DNA from: Tubiluchus corallicola
Lineage: Eukaryota; Animalia; Priapulida
Reading direction: 5' to 3'
Assembly (NCBI GenBank): GCA_030141605.1
Contig: JAQGDQ010000485.1
Span: 1-64,000 of the forward strand
DNA length: 64,000 nucleotides
The number at the start of each line of letters is the position of its first letter. Position 1 is the first letter of the stretch. Position numbers and translations under genes: made by a program. The notes beneath the pieces were generated by a model. That model was not told the origin of the DNA. It was given only the letters and a program-made list of their open reading frames with translations, and did not search any database. Of the stretch, positions 40,330 through 54,775 are shown piece by piece.

Positions 40330-40890
40330 TTAAGACAAAAAATTTTCGACGACGTCTGGGAAAACTTGACGTGGCGTGAACCGAAAATTTTCACCAAAAC
40401 ATTTGTGGAGGCAGTACCAACAAAATGGTGCAGAGAAACAGGTGAAAAATCTCGAAGAAGCTTAACATCTCGGTACTACTTAAAAAGATGGCAAACGCAA
40501 AGCCGTGTGCAGAATGATGTTTCTTTCCACTACAGGACTTGGTAGGTGGTAAGTGCAAAATTGGACCAAAAGTTCAGTCACTCCAAGAAATGCTGGAGTA
40601 CATTCAAAGTACTATGATAGAGTCAAAGAAAGAGGGGATTTCATGAAAACAGAATTTTTCGGACAAGCCTCCCAAAATGCCTTCTCATCATTGTCGTGCT
40701 TCTACAACCAAAACTTATTTAGACCTTGTAATATCAACCGCGACTAACATGTACAAACTTTACAAAGCAAAATGTGAAGAAGGAAATATAACATATATAA
40801 GTTCTTTTCAAAGAGTTTCAAAAGAAGAACAGGGCCATTATTCCAACATGGAAAAGATCAGTGTGATGTATGCATGGTGTCATATCTGAT
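40330..40890 (+). mobile_element. Decayed DNA-transposase fragment, possibly Sola-like
   Basis: Across frameshifts: SRRSLTSRYYL, LPKMPSHHCRASTTKTYLD...NMYKLY, KDQCDVC. This resembles the SHYCR..YL..MY.LY..D.C..C pattern I associate with Sola transposases. Confidence 0.5.
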
Positions 40891-41599
40891 ACACTGAAAA
40901 AGATCTACTTAATGTGTGCAAGAATAATGTGTGCGTCGTCGACCTGTAATGCGCCATGAATAGTTTGCAACCTGTAATGTTCATCATAATAATAAAGCTT
41001 ACTTAAATCTATTTGTGGATCTGTCTGCCTTATTATCTGTGGGATAACAAGAGATGGTGTCAGAGATTCGAGCCCAGCAGTATTAGCGATACTACGTCGG
41101 AAACGCGTGAGTAACCTCTCTACTAAGAAATTTCTTGGACTGCTGTATTTCTTCCTCGCCGAGCATGGTGATGTGTAGTTCGGCACGACCAGCATGTCGG
41201 CGGATGAATATCTGTCAGACCAACTAGTGACACGGTCAGATTACAACTATGGAATCGTGAGTCACGATGTGAACCACAGGTAAGTGTACCAAGAAGCTAC
41301 GCAGAATTCAACGATGATGATTGCAGTGCAATTTTGTAGTACGCAATGAGCTGCACGAAGGTTTTGCATAACGCAACAAGGCGAAAAATAATAAACTGTT
41401 AGATGCAGAGTGGAAATAAATAAACTTATAACTTATAAAGATACGTATGCCAAGATGTCGTCACAATATGCGGCATCGCATATGTTTAGAAACGCACATG
41501 AAAAGCTTCAACATCGAAACACGAAGTGAAGACCTTTAGCTTTTAAATAATTACAACTTATGTGCTTCAAAATCAAACTCAGCAAAAATGTGACCACAG

Positions 41600-41963
41600 A
41601 CTCTGAAACAGGCCGTAGGCAGCAACAAATTGCAATTTTGTGACCATAGAGAGCCTCTAAGTGGACTTAAAATATCTGTTACCTTGTTTCATGCATAATT
41701 TAAAATACCGAACTATCAAGGATACATGATACCTAATTGTCTCAAAAATGCCTAAGTACTGGCCGCTCCTATGCAAAAGTATATAAAAACTGTCTGCAAT
41801 TGACTCAAATAACTCCACACGATTGATTCTATATTGTAAACAACGTGACGGCCTGCCAACTAGCGGTCAGCTTGTGATATAATGCACTGGGTCCGTAAAA
41901 ATGGCACTACTGGTCTTCCAAAAACTCGGAATTCCGCGTATCCCCGGAAAATTCTCATTCCTG
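41600..41963 (-). mobile_element. CAGGGATGAGAA-TIR MITE family, copy 2 (partial, internally deleted)
   Basis: Colinear with 32690-33132; ends attctcattcctg. Confidence 0.82.
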
Positions 41964-42079
41964 GCATTGAAAATCACATTATGGTATTCGACTGTGGAAA
42001 GTTTTACATTTGAATAGTGAAGCTATTGTTTTGTCTTTGAAGTGGACACAATCCTGTGAAAAATATCTTTCTCTCCTTA

Positions 42080-42571
42080 ATGGCTTTGGTTAATTAGAAG
42101 AACTTTCAGTTTCCTAGATATCCCGATGTTTCTGATTTTATATAAAACATTTGTCCATCCTATTCTTGACTACGGAGATGTCATATGGAATCCATCTAGA
42201 TTGAATGCAATAATAAAAGTGGAATCCAACATAGCTACAAAATTAGTTCCTGACATGAGTCATCTGACGTATTCAGAACGGATGGGGAATTTTGAAACTT
42301 CCCTCACTGAGATTTCGATGGAAGAGAGGTGACTTGATCCTGATGTTTCGTATCAAAAACAATCTGACTAAACTACAGCCTGGTTGTTATTTTGCTAATA
42401 ATCTACGGGCTATAGGATATAAAGCTATTAAACCCAGATGCAGAAGCAGGAATAGGTTTATGTTCAGGACTGTCAATGATTGGAATTCATTAAATACTAA
42501 GGCATGGTGTGCCACTAATGCTTCACACTTTAAGACATAACTGGATCAGTATTGGAAAGACAATCCTGAAA
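42080..42571 (+). mobile_element. CR1 LINE ORF2 C-terminal fragment
   Basis: GLIRRTFSFLD..FLILYKTFVHPILDY...WNP, ATKLVPDMSHLTYSERM, LPSLRFR..RGDLI, RTVNDWNSL. Confidence 0.85.
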
Positions 42572-43815
42572 TGTTGTTGAGCTTGACTAAGCTGTACTTG
42601 AGCCATAGACATAATATAGCTAGATTAGTGAACAAGTTGGGCAAATTAGGAAGACGAAGCAGAGGAGAGCAAAAAGGGAATGTGCAGATTAGCAGAACGC
42701 CAGAGTTATGGCGAGGAAATTTGTTGCTTTATTTTGTTAAAAAGCTACTTGTTTTTTTAAATCAATTTTAATAAATGTGTTTTTAAATGAAGTTAGAAGT
42801 TTGTCAGCTCTACAAACTGTAACATACAGCGGTGGGATAAGCTATCAGTTTTGAAACTTTGTCAGTAATACGAGTAAGTCAGTAGCAATCAAGCAGCATG
42901 GCACAGGTGTCAAATGTTGTGCAGCCACCAGAATTTGATGGCACAAGCGGTTTTTCAAGATGTATAAATCGTTTTCAGCGAGTTGCAGTAGCCAATGATT
43001 GGAATGATGAAAAGAAATTCCAAGTACTGCCAGCTTTGTTGATTGGGCAGGCTGATAATGTTATGGACGGGTTAACTCGCCAAGATGGTGAAGTGCCAAA
43101 TACAGAGTTAGTTGATGCACTTAAGCGAGTTTATACCACAGAGGAATCTTAGCGTTTATATCTGACTGAATTCAATCAGAGAAATTTGAAAAAGGATGAA
43201 AGTGCACATGCCTATGCTAATGAATTAGCTCGCTTGTTTAAGTCAGCAAATCCTGAGGTAACCGACAGAAATGTTATTGAGAGATTTTGCATGCAAAAAT
43301 TTATTTAAGGTTTAAAACCAGAGTGGCGTACTAGATTTTATGATGCACATATCACTACACTGGAGGGTGCTATTGCCAAGTTGCATAAAATCCAAATTAG
43401 TCGCAAGGTTGTTGACAAACAGAGACAATCAATAAATGAGCGTGGGAGAGGCAACTATGTTCGTCGAATAACTTGTTTTAAATGCCACAAAGAAGGGCAT
43501 CGCGCAGCAGAGTGTCGTAATAAGTCATTAGGTAGAGATCAACGAGAGTCCGTAGTTGTGGAACGCAAACAACCGAGAGAGATGTGTACTCGATGTACTC
43601 TCCCTGGTCATAAAGCAGATGTTTGCCACACCAAGTGCAGAAAATGTAGTAGCGTGGGACACATAGCAGCAAATTGCTCAAAGAGACGTAGTAAGTCAGC
43701 ACAGCCAACAGCAGTAGGTGCCACTTTGAATAGAAGATCTTGCCAAACGGAAAAAGAAAAGGCTTTATACATCTCATTAAGAATAGAAAATCGTAATACT
43801 TTTCGTTTCCGCTAA
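42572..43815 (+). mobile_element. Gypsy-like element 5' portion: LTR (42572-42824), tRNA-Leu-like PBS remnant (42827-42838) and gag with two in-frame stops (42898-43815)
   Basis: TG...CA LTR with AATAAA, then cagcggtgggat. Gag reads PPEFDG...ANDWNDEKK..LP.LL.GQA and FI*GL, with three CCHC knuckles in one frame (TAG 43150, TAA 43306). Confidence 0.8.
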
Positions 43816-44938
43816 TCTCGTGGTAATTTACTCATATATTTAGTGTATGATTACCAATAATTACGTTGTATTCACAGTTCTACACTATACAGTTCGTATC
43901 GCCATCTTGTTTGTGTGTGTAGTCACGTGACGAATTTCATACTAGTTTATGCATTATCAGGGCCTAGCTTAAAAGGCACGTGACACACTTTTATTTTGAG
44001 CGCATTTATGAAATAAAGAAAAAACCTTTACTTTTATAATCTAATAGTAATAATACTACAGTAATAAATAAAATTAATGATAAATAACTATAGTCGTCTA
44101 AAATAATTTCCTCGTATATGCCAGCTTTGGTCTGACTATACAGTGAGGAAGAAACAAAAAATTCGGGAAGTCTTTTGAAGAAAAGACAATGACTGACACA
44201 GGATTATAATGGCATTTTAGGTTTACATACTCATTATCACCACCATTATTGCAGTGCTATTTTTATCGTTATCGTCTTGACTACCACTATTCTGATGCCA
44301 TTATCATTATGCATGTACAACTTATAGTAGCTTATACAATTTTGGTCCATGAGTACGGGGGGAGGGAATGTAGTGGGAAGCATATTTACAAAGCTCAAAG
44401 TAATGACAATAATGATGATGACAACGTAATGACAACGTCCGTACATACACACATGGACACACACGCACGCACACACACACGCACGCGCGCGCGTACGTAA
44501 GTACATATATACATACATACATACACACATGCATATACATACGTATAATTATATAATAATATTATTAATACATTTTCACCCCACGTGAAATTAAATGTGT
44601 ACTCACGTTAGGAATTTTCACGTCACATCATACTATTGAGGCAGCCAGGATAGATACGTTGAACTAATATGTACTATTAGGTGCAAAACAGTTCCTACGT
44701 GGATTATACATTCTAATTGCACTTGAATAACCATTGATTTCCTAAAAATCGTGTGTTTTTGTTTTCTTGTGCAGACGTACTAATCGACATTTCGCCAATA
44801 ATGAAGAATGCAACAGCTCGAAACAATACAAATAAAGAACAATAAATAAATGCAATTGTAACTTCAACATTTCGTGAAATTCAGTTAAAAAAGAAGAATT
44901 AAACAACGTAAAGTTGATCCGCAATTTGGAACAAAAAA

Positions 44939-45307
44939 TTAAAAAACGCGAAAACGTTGAGCCCACATATATTCGATCAAATAGTCTCCAATCATTTGCC
45001 GATTTGTTGGTCCATTCATGGCTTTGAATTTTGCTTTAGCTCTCTGCCACATGGCTTCAACGTGGTTTGTGGTGACACCAGTTTGTGGCTCAATAAAATT
45101 CAAGTTATGATTCACAGTTTCGTGTGCATAGCCACCAGCCATTAGTGGTATGGCATTGTATGCCCGCCACATGTCAGACCAGATAGTTGTTCCTGGCCTG
45201 ACCCATTGCTGAATTATTGGAAGCAGGGTTTGTACATCCCTACTTGCCACAGGCACGAGAAGCCCCTTTTTCGTTTCGGCCTCATAGGCCCCACAGTGTT
45301 CCCTCAC
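44939..45307 (-). mobile_element. Merlin (IS1595/ISXO2-like) DDE transposase fragment
   Basis: LLPIIQQWVRPGTTIWSDMWRAY...HETVNH..NF..P.TGVTTNHVEAMW...YLIEYMW..R is the characteristic ISXO2/Merlin motif set. Confidence 0.88.
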
Positions 45308-46497
45308 TTATCGTGGGTGTTCCGTTCCAGGCCCACCCGCGATACGATACAAACTCCCGCGGCTGCAACCCTAATAATCACAAATTATGCAAAGAAACTA
45401 AAAATACAGGTTAAGGGCCACAACGTCACTGCGCGAGAGCGATTGCGCATTAGTGGTGTAAACACAGTTATTCACGTGGAGCTTCTTGCGTGATGGCGAA
45501 AATGATTTTAATCTGGAATTGTAAGGCCTAAAAACCAATAATATTATGGGAATATGGTGTATATTACGCCTGTTGGTCTGCTTTCTGGCCTGCAGGCGTG
45601 AAAACAAACAAGAAGCCAGAAAAAACTAGGAGGTGCGAAAGTGTAATAGCGCCCCCATTTCAGCCTGAATGAACCTTATTGACAGAGAATTAAAGACTCA
45701 CACCTGACTGCACACCACAGTGGCATAGTATTAAGAGTTGCAGTGTTTAACCGCATCCACAACGTTGTGTATAGTATTAAGTATTGCAACCATGGGCGAA
45801 AAGCTATTACTAGCTTCGCCCTGATCATCGAAGGTAATTGAGCTATAGTAATATTCACCTAACTACAGATTGCGTGACTGCTTACATTGTATTTACGTCC
45901 ACTTCAACTGCACGTTGAACTCCAACTTTCAATGCGTAGTTCTGCTAGTGAACCATACCTGGCAACATTAAAAGATTAGCACTTCACACATATTAACGAA
46001 AACATAGCGCGGAATAAGCAACTCGTGAAAACTTACCATACCGATAAGCAAATTGCAAAACGCTGAATGTTGTAAGATCGCAAGGCGTTCCGCAAATTGG
46101 GAACAAAATATATAATAGGAAGTTGTTGTGGACCACTCGCTACGACTGACCACTTTTTGGTCAGCAGGACAGATCGTTATCAAGTGTCACCGTTCATGTC
46201 AGTATAAACTATAAAGTCTAACGAACCTACCTTGTCGAATATGTGGACAACTCCTTATATTTTTTCCAGCCTTCTTGGCATAAGATATGATTCATTACCT
46301 GAACTGTCACGTGACCTCGATTCTGCTGATCATTGTCTATGATGGGGAGTAACTTGAATGAGCTCATCGGTCTAGATTTTCTACCACTTATTTTGAGGTA
46401 TGACTCTCTGCCACAATCTCTGGCAGCCTTTTTAAATTATTCATTGTGTTTAGATAGGTACTCAGTGGCGTCCTGACTAATGTCGTTGCTCAGGGGT

Positions 46498-46892
46498 AGG
46501 GCGTGAGCATCAAACATTCGAATTCGATTCGAACAAGTTTTTTAGTTCGAAACTGATTCGAACCTTAAATCATAGATTCGAGTACACAGCCACACATGTT
46601 ACTTGTCATTAAAATGCTTGAAACAACATACAATGAATGCAGTTTAGCTGCGTTTCCTATGCAAAATTTTTAACAAACTAATAGTGATTTTACTGTAGAT
46701 CAAAATCGAATTATATGCATGATTTTTGTATGACCACTTTTTACTAGTGGTTCGAAAACTTGTTCGAAAATCTTTCAAACTTAATTCGAATTTGATTTGG
46801 ATACAAAATACTGAAATTTGGTTAGATTCGAATTCAAAAATCACAAATTCGATTTGTTTCAAATTAGCTTTCTGGTAGGGAATGCTCACCCT
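46498..46892. mobile_element. TTCGAA-rich MITE-like element; diverged inverted relative at about 48300-48670
   Basis: Termini agggcgtgagcat / atgctcaccct and repeated ttcgaa motifs near both ends. Confidence 0.55.
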
Positions 46893-49800
46893 TCCTCAGA
46901 AGTCTTCGATAGTTCCAGTGGCTACAAGTCAGGAATAGGACTCAAGAAGCATGAACCACTCTAAACCCTCTACTATGTGTACGCATAAAGGTTGAGTTAT
47001 CCAAACAAGTATTGCGATTAAGGTGTTGTGCTAATTGAATATGCAGTTTGACTTAACATTTATTTTGTTTTCTATACTCTATCGAGCTGACTTAGAGAGA
47101 TTGTACAATTGTACAATTGTCTAATTATTTTTTATGTTTGATAGTAGTCTGGATCTGGTATCGCTGTAACGCGTGTTACATTGACATCTATCGTGCAAGA
47201 TCTTGCTAAGCTTACAGAAGTTAAGTCCAGTGTTGTAACCCACTTGGCCAATTTTCTCCTCAGAGTAGGAGTGGAAGGATGGATGTGGAGGTTGGTCGCA
47301 AATTTCAGCCATAATTGCTGTACACGATTATGGATATAGTTCTGTTCACAAGATTTTCCAGATTGGGTTTTTGGCGGCATATTTGAGTTTTACTAGAAGT
47401 TGATTTTTCTTTGTTGTTGCTGATTAATTGAGGCAGTTCAATAACAAGTTTTTGACCAATAAACATGTTAAACAACTGTATATTGTTCCAGTTCTTGTAT
47501 GCGATTACAGCCTAAATGTGGGAAAATCACAATAATAATGAATATTGCATCGTCAGTGCATAATAAACTTTGAATCATCAGTTCGAAATAAACATTGCAA
47601 TATTAGTACATAATAAATTTTGCATCATTATTAAGTGAAAATGACCGGAAAAATTCCCTTAAAAATTATATTACTTGATAGCAATTTTACATGTATATTG
47701 TACTCGTGTTGAAAGGATTTTTTGTTCTCTATGATTTTAAATCTCCCACAATACTGTTCCAACCGAGCCATTACAGTATGTCACTATGCACAACGTAAAT
47801 CAGTAGAAGAAAAGAAAATGTTCGACTATGTCCCAACGAACTTTTCATGCAAAGTTAACCTACTTAGCATTTCTCTTACCTACTTGAAATACTTATGTAA
47901 CTTGAAAACAAAATTATTAATTGTTTAAAATGTTTTCACCAATTGGTAAAATGTTTATGACTCACCTCCAGGGTCTGCCATTCATTGACCAAAAAACGTA
48001 CATTTAATCTTATTGACAAGATACAATAATTTAACATTTGACCTAGTGACGTGAGCACTACAATGCTCTGATTATTTTTTCAAACTTTGTGTTATCTAAA
48101 CTTGTTTCAAATGACTTATCGTCAAAATGGCTGAGTCTAACTATTATCCCAAGAGTTTAAATTTACAAATATTTTACAGTCTTACTGCCAACACAAGCCT
48201 TGCATACAAAAGTCAATAATTAGTAAGTGTTATAAAATTTCAAGACAAATTTTCAAGCCTTATGTAAGTGAAGTGTTTTCTTGTGTTTTAAGAAGGGGTG
48301 GCCAGTCTCTTACAGAAAGCAAATGCAAATCGAATTGAACTTGTGACTTTTGAATTTGAATCGAACCGAATTGAGTCAAATTCGAATTGAGATTGAAAGA
48401 TTTTTGAGCAAATTTTAAAACCACCAGTAAAAGTTGGTCTTGCAAACATCATGCATATTTATGTTACTCTATTTCGTTCTGCAGTAAAACATTGATAATT
48501 TGTTAAGAAATTGTGCACACAAATCAAAGCTAAATTGCGCTAATTGTATGATGTTTCAAACATCTTAGTGATAAAAAACAGACGTGGTTGAAGTGCTGAA
48601 CTATTCGAGGCTGTAATAGGTTTGCATTAAATTCGAGCATTCGAACTTAAATGTTAGATGCATGCTGTATCCTAACTTTAAGTTGCTAGTACTAAATGAA
48701 ATTTGCATTTCAAATGTACATAATAAGTTTTTCCATCATTAGTAGGTAATAAGCTTTGCAAGTCTTCTTGTCTTCAATAAGTTTCCTTTTTATTTACCCC
48801 CAGCTGTTATGTCTTCATAGCACTTTTGAGCTCTACTGTACACGGATCATCATGGTCAAAGCAAAGAAAAACAATAGGATACAAACATAGTATCACACTC
48901 TAACTTAATGAAAATGTTATGGCACGTCTGTTACTGTGACTTTTATTAGTAATTGGCTACTTTTCTCTTTGTTTGTTTATTGATTGACTAATTAAGGAAC
49001 GTTTTTAATGCATAAATATCACATCTTTTCATTTCGTAATTTCATTTAGAATTGATTTTATTTATGAAGTTCATTGCCGCAACATTGTTAGCTAGTTTAG
49101 CTACTAGCTAGAAGTAGTCCATCTAACAACATTAAGACAGCCCATTTAATTTTACTTACGCAACTTCAATTTAAGAGCAAGCCAGCTTTCTAGCGTAGAA
49201 GTGGCCGCAGACAATGCGCTCTCGTGTACTGAAGTCAGTGAGTTCTGCGCTTCTTCTCACTTTATGGATTACCCAGCTGCGTTACCGTCGACATCGTGCT
49301 GCGTTAGTTTTAACGTTTTTGTCTGAAAAATTCTGTCTTTGTCGTATTAGTCTTAATAAAGTGTTTTGTTGTGCATTAAAAGGGTTACGGTGCGTTATGT
49401 TCCTAAGTGTATGTATCGCGTCATAACTTTGCAGTCTCATACTTCAGTCGTTTCAACGCAGTCGAAAACAAGTACCGGTACTTGAAGCAGCTTATTTCTG
49501 ACATTCCCATGTTACTGTAAAGTGTAAGTTAATATTTTTCAAATCAGCCTTTATTTTCGATAAATTATAATGTTTTTATCGGGTACCCGAGTAGCTACCC
49601 ACATTGTTTATTACTCGAGTCTAATATTTCTAGAATGAATGAATATTTCCAATAATGAAACTGCGACGTTATTAAATTTTGTAATACTACTACTAAGTAC
49701 TAGTATATCTGTTGCTAGAGAATTTAAAATTTAGATGTCACCTTCTACTGTGCTTTTCTATAGTACGTACATATTGGCAGCGTGCCTGGATAATACTAAT

Positions 49801-50324
49801 AGCCAGTAGGGAGATGGCAGATTAAGCCATTCTTGCTGTAGGGGTGACTTGCAAAAAACAATAGTATGATGTCTTTACCAACAGGTTAATTATCCAAATG
49901 AAGTGGTTTATTAACCTTTTAAAACCTATTTCATGCCACTAATGAACGGATTGTTAAGTATAACATCACACAAAAATGATAATATAGATTATTTTATTCT
50001 CTTAATCCCTGCGCTTTCACAATAGTGCTCAGTGCGGTACTACCTAGGCTGATGTAGCTGACTGGGAGACTCATTGATAAAGCCTACAATTAAGTAATTA
50101 AAAAGTCTGGCAGATAAAAAAAATCAGTCAAATGTCTTGTGGGGAAAACACTAGTTAATTTTTCGACTACTAGCGACGACTCGTGTGTTCAGGCTCTCAG
50201 GGTGTAACAAATCAACGTTTGTTGTTAACATAACAGTGCAGTTATTTAGAATGCACCAGTGGTTGTTTTTATTCATGAAAAATCGGGTACAAAAAAAGGG
50301 TATCAGAGTCTGATTTTTGCAACC

Positions 50325-50670
50325 CGTGTTGTTGGCATCCTTCTGTCTCGAAAGACAATCGAATGTGCGCCAAGAAAGTCAGATCCTTGAACGTCTCCAG
50401 GGTGCATGCCTGAGCAAGGTGTATGGAGATCCTTAGTTGCCCAGACCGCAGGAACCTCTCTCTTCCTCCCTGGTGTAGTCCAAAGGAAAGCGGAGCGATA
50501 CGTTTGGCACTAGGTTGGCTGCAGGAGCTGTCGGAGTAAGTGAGCCTGCTGCACTGGTCCGCCTTCGGGTCTCCACTCCTGATTTAAAAGGTTTACTCAT
50601 CTACACATGGCTGTTGAGTCACTTGACCTCCTCCGCCCTCTAGCTGTTGGCTGCTTGTACAGCTCGTCCC
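50325..50670 (+). mobile_element. Possible RTE-clade LINE 5'UTR fragment
   Basis: GC-richer island with ggcatccttctgtctcga and gagcgatacgtttggcac..ggctgcaggag motifs that I recall from RTE 5' regions; not verified. Confidence 0.35.
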
Positions 50671-50672
50671 TA

Positions 50673-51165
50673 CAGGGATGAGAATTTTCCGCTGATACGC
50701 GGAATTCCGAGTTTTTTGAAGACCAGTAGTGCCATTTCTGTAAATCGCGTAAGTTCGTTGAGAACGTTTTTACAGACCCTGTACATTATTTCACAAGCTG
50801 ACCGCTAGGTGGCGGGCCGTCACTTTGTTTACATCACGTAAATCAGTGTAACCACGTGTATATCTCTATGTATAAAAATAGAGAATTAATTGTGCAGAGT
50901 TATTTGAGTCAATTGCAGACAGTTTTTATACACTTTTGCATAGGAGCGGCCAGTACTTAGACGTTTTTGAGACAATTAGGTATCATATATCCTTGATAGT
51001 TGGGTATTTTAAATTATGCATGAAACAAGGTAATTGATATTTAAGTCCAGTTAGAGGCTCTCTATGGTCACAAAATTGCAATTTGTTGCTAGCTCCCCTT
51101 GAACTCCAACGGGGCCTAGGTGACCCCAAAACCCCCGGCCTGTGTCAGAGTTTTTTACATCCCTG
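50673..51165 (+). mobile_element. CAGGGATGAGAA-TIR MITE family, copy 3
   Basis: cagggatgagaa...catccctg; colinear with the other copies. Confidence 0.85.
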
Positions 51166-53023
51166 GTAATGTAATACATCACAATGTTGAATGCCTACCT
51201 ACGCAACAAAGTAGCCACTATCGTATTACAATTGCATATGTGTGATCCCTAGCTGTTTAGGGATGGAAAAACATGCAGTAACAAATACATGTATCTGGAG
51301 GCCTTTCAAACTACAAGGGTGAATTTTGTCACAGGTGGAAGCATTTTGAAAATCAACAGTTTGACTGCAGGCAGTTGTTTGTACTTTATGCCAACGGTGT
51401 TATAAAATTTTATACCCTTTATTGCGCACTGTGTCGTAATAATTAATTCTGGGAAAATACGTGCCGTGCATACGAGACGAGACCCTGGACTAGTCCGTGT
51501 GCGCTATGCAGTCTAGCAGTCAGAGCTTGCGCAATTGTTGAAATATTTTGAGGTTAAACTAATATTTGTGGGGTGTAGTGTTAACATGACGCCTCCTTCC
51601 TGAGATAGCAAAATGTTCTGGATGCGTTTATTGGTGTTCCTGTGGATTCCCAGGCACGGCTATGGCACTGTCTGGCGCAGTGAAAAGTATTTTTAAAATG
51701 ATATACAAAAAATACTTTATTTATCATATTAATTTATTCTGACTTTATTTATCATATTGAATTATTCTGATTCTTAATTATTACAGTTTTTTAGCGTCCG
51801 CATTTTCTTGCTTATAAGGTAATGCATTTTTTTCCATTTGTTTTACAACAACAATATGCTTTTCTCTTATCTTGAATAGTTTTCAATATTTTTCGATATC
51901 ACTGGCTTAGTATAAATGTGTGGGTCATTCTCTACAGAACGTGCAAAACAGATGTGAAAAAATCTGCTAAGTGACTGGAAAGATGTTCTTAAAATTATTC
52001 TGCTCTGTTATTAATAAGGTTCCCTTGTATACAAAAAGGATACTGACAGAGCTTGAAACACTTGTAAAAATTTACTATGACCATTTTAAAGTTATCTGAA
52101 TAATTACTTTTCTCATTACTGTTACAGACATGAACTGTGCAATACAACCTATAAACATCAAGCAGTGTCATAAACCAATGGTCTTATAAAATACATTTTT
52201 TGACCCTTGCTATAAATATCTGGTCAAATTTCAACGATTAATTTAAATTATAACAATTTTTAAAATACGTTAAAAAGAAGTTCCTTCTTGCTTTATTCCA
52301 GGCTTTTTAACTGGTGCCATTGATATTAGGTGTATTGACAATTAGGGACAATCATTGGGTAGTGACTAACTTAAACTACCTTTAAAATTTAAACTAAACA
52401 TTATGACAAAATATGTTACCTGTGCATGCATTATGATGTACATTATGATGCATTGTTATAGGGTAAATTAGATTTAGACTTATTATATGCAATGCTAGTG
52501 TGTAGAACTTGTTGGAGCTGACACTAAGCTTACGACTAGGAGGTTGATCTAGTAATTATTGTTGGTACCAGCCACACACACACCAGAAATGTCACCTAGT
52601 TAAAACAGCTTGCTGGTTTAGTGAACCGTTGGCTGTTAAAAAAGTATAATGAAAAAGCTGACAGTGACAGTAACTTTCTGAGATAAAACACTGTACTTTA
52701 GCGGGAAAGAGTACTGTTGCTCGTTGCATTACGTGTTGTCAGTTGTCACGTGCTTAAAAGCCGCGTATCGGCATATGCTTGAACTGCAACAATTTAGGCT
52801 GTTCTTTCTACAGTATTTTTTCTTTAGGACTTTATAAAGGTTATGTTTGAATAAGTTTGTTTGTTAAAAATTACAATTACAACATTATATATTTGTTTTA
52901 TTATTACAATATTATACATATATTAGATTATTACAATTACATATGTTTGTTTCGTTTTACACAGCATTAAAACAATGGCTAAAAAAATTTTATTTTTACA
53001 GCACACCCACTAATTTCTGACAT

Positions 53024-53174
53024 CATCCATTATACTCTGTCTGTGACCTTATAGCTTTAATTCAGTAAAAGCTGCTGCTGGCTTTGCGTCATAAATGAGG
53101 ACTATGTAGCTTGTTTGCGTATTTTTGATTACAAGTGGATTTATACGCGAAATTTTTTGCGGGGCTTTTGCTAG
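53024..53174 (+). mobile_element. Helitron 3' terminus, copy 2
   Basis: Homologous to 24297-24447, with hairpin plus CTAG|T. Confidence 0.72.
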
Positions 53175-53439
53175 TATTATATTATTACAATTACATATGT
53201 TTGTAATTTTAAATGGCTAAAAAATTTTAATTAATTTTAACTAGAAGCTGCTACTGGAGATGAGACTAAAATCGCAGACATCGAGTAACTCAAATAGTAA
53301 CTTATCAACAGTTGCAAATGTAAAAAAACACACTGCTTCACGGCAATGCTACGAGAGAGAGAGAATTTGTGTACATATTTAAGCATATGTTAAGCCATTC
53401 TATTGGTCTAATGTCTTGTCTTGGGGGACTTGCCCATGA

Positions 53440-53920
53440 TAATGTAGATAGTGCTGTGATGGAGAGTTTTTATCGTGCAGTAACAGCATCCCTCACTGTT
53501 TGGTATGGTGCTACCACGCAGGGAGATCGCAATGCTCTTGATCAAGTTGTTAAATCCACCTCAGAAATTATAGGAGTTGAACAGCAATCTATGGCATATT
53601 TGTATGAAACTAAGGTTTCAAAGAGAGCGCAAGTTATCATGTAATATGAATTCCATCCAGGTAATAAATATTTTGAAATGCTCCCCTCTGGTCGTAGATT
53701 CTACTCCATTAACGCTAAAACCACAAGAACTTTAAATTCTTTCTGTCCCGTTGCAATTCGCACCATCAACAGTAAATTTCACTAACCAATATCAATTCTT
53801 TATGTCACTGTACAACTGATTGAATTATTTGTGTTAATCTCCTTGTTGTTACTAGGAGTTATTGCAGTACGTAAAACCACACAAATTTCATTGTATGTAT
53901 TATGACATAATGACAACAAA
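53440..53920 (+). mobile_element. Rex1/Babar-like LINE 3' end
   Basis: FYRAV...VWYGA...SEIIG and HPG..YFEMLPSGRRFYS...T.R..NSF.P.AIR.IN. The 3'UTR ends atgacaacaaa directly before a (TTAC)n tract. Confidence 0.75.
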
Positions 53921-54215
<295 letters not shown>

Positions 54216-54299
54216 AATGTATGCTGGATTCTGCGGTGCGCTGAACTGTATTAAAAAGGGTATTTATTCATTTACTATGTTCAATTTACTATGGTAGAG

Positions 54300-54775
54300 G
54301 AAATAAATTACTCATGAAATTTACTCACTGTTCAGTTAACGTGAAGAGAGAATTGTTTAATGCTTACTGCACTACTTTTTTTGTATGTCCACTTGGAGAC
54401 ATTTTTATTCTTACAATTTTAGCAAACTCAAGGTTGCATATAATGTATTAACACGGAAGCTGTTTAACTTTTCATATGATACTAGCGCCAGATACATTTC
54501 TACTAGACTTAATATTATTTATTTTGATGTGATTCACAGAAAATGTGCATACAGTTTATACATCAGGCTGAATAACAGTGAACATTTTATATGCAAGAAC
54601 ATTTTAAACAGTGATGCAAACTTTACTTCTGTAATTAGACGTCATTGGCGTAGTTTGTTATATCGTTAATTGTTATTTGTGTTATTGTTGTGTGTCATGA
54701 TTTATTGTATTAATTTGTGACGTGTATATGAACTTTGTAATGTTTGAAATAAAATATTAAATCAAATCAAAATCA
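54300..54775 (+). mobile_element. L2-group (Crack/Daphne-like) LINE 3' end
   Basis: FTHCSVNVKRELFNAYC...W....KLKVAYN...RKLF, then aataaa and an (aaatc)n tail. Confidence 0.65.

Noticed and set aside
27071-43815. TAA/TAG-to-Gln genetic code reassignment, suggested by in-frame stops in ZNF-A and the second gag
   Set aside because: Neighbouring intact genes end at TAA/TAG right after their last domain and use CAA/CAG for Gln. C-to-T nonsense changes are the simpler explanation.
46900-47380. Minus-strand MPPK-starting ORF
   Set aside because: It is short and broken, possibly a decayed LINE 5' region, with no motif strong enough to call.
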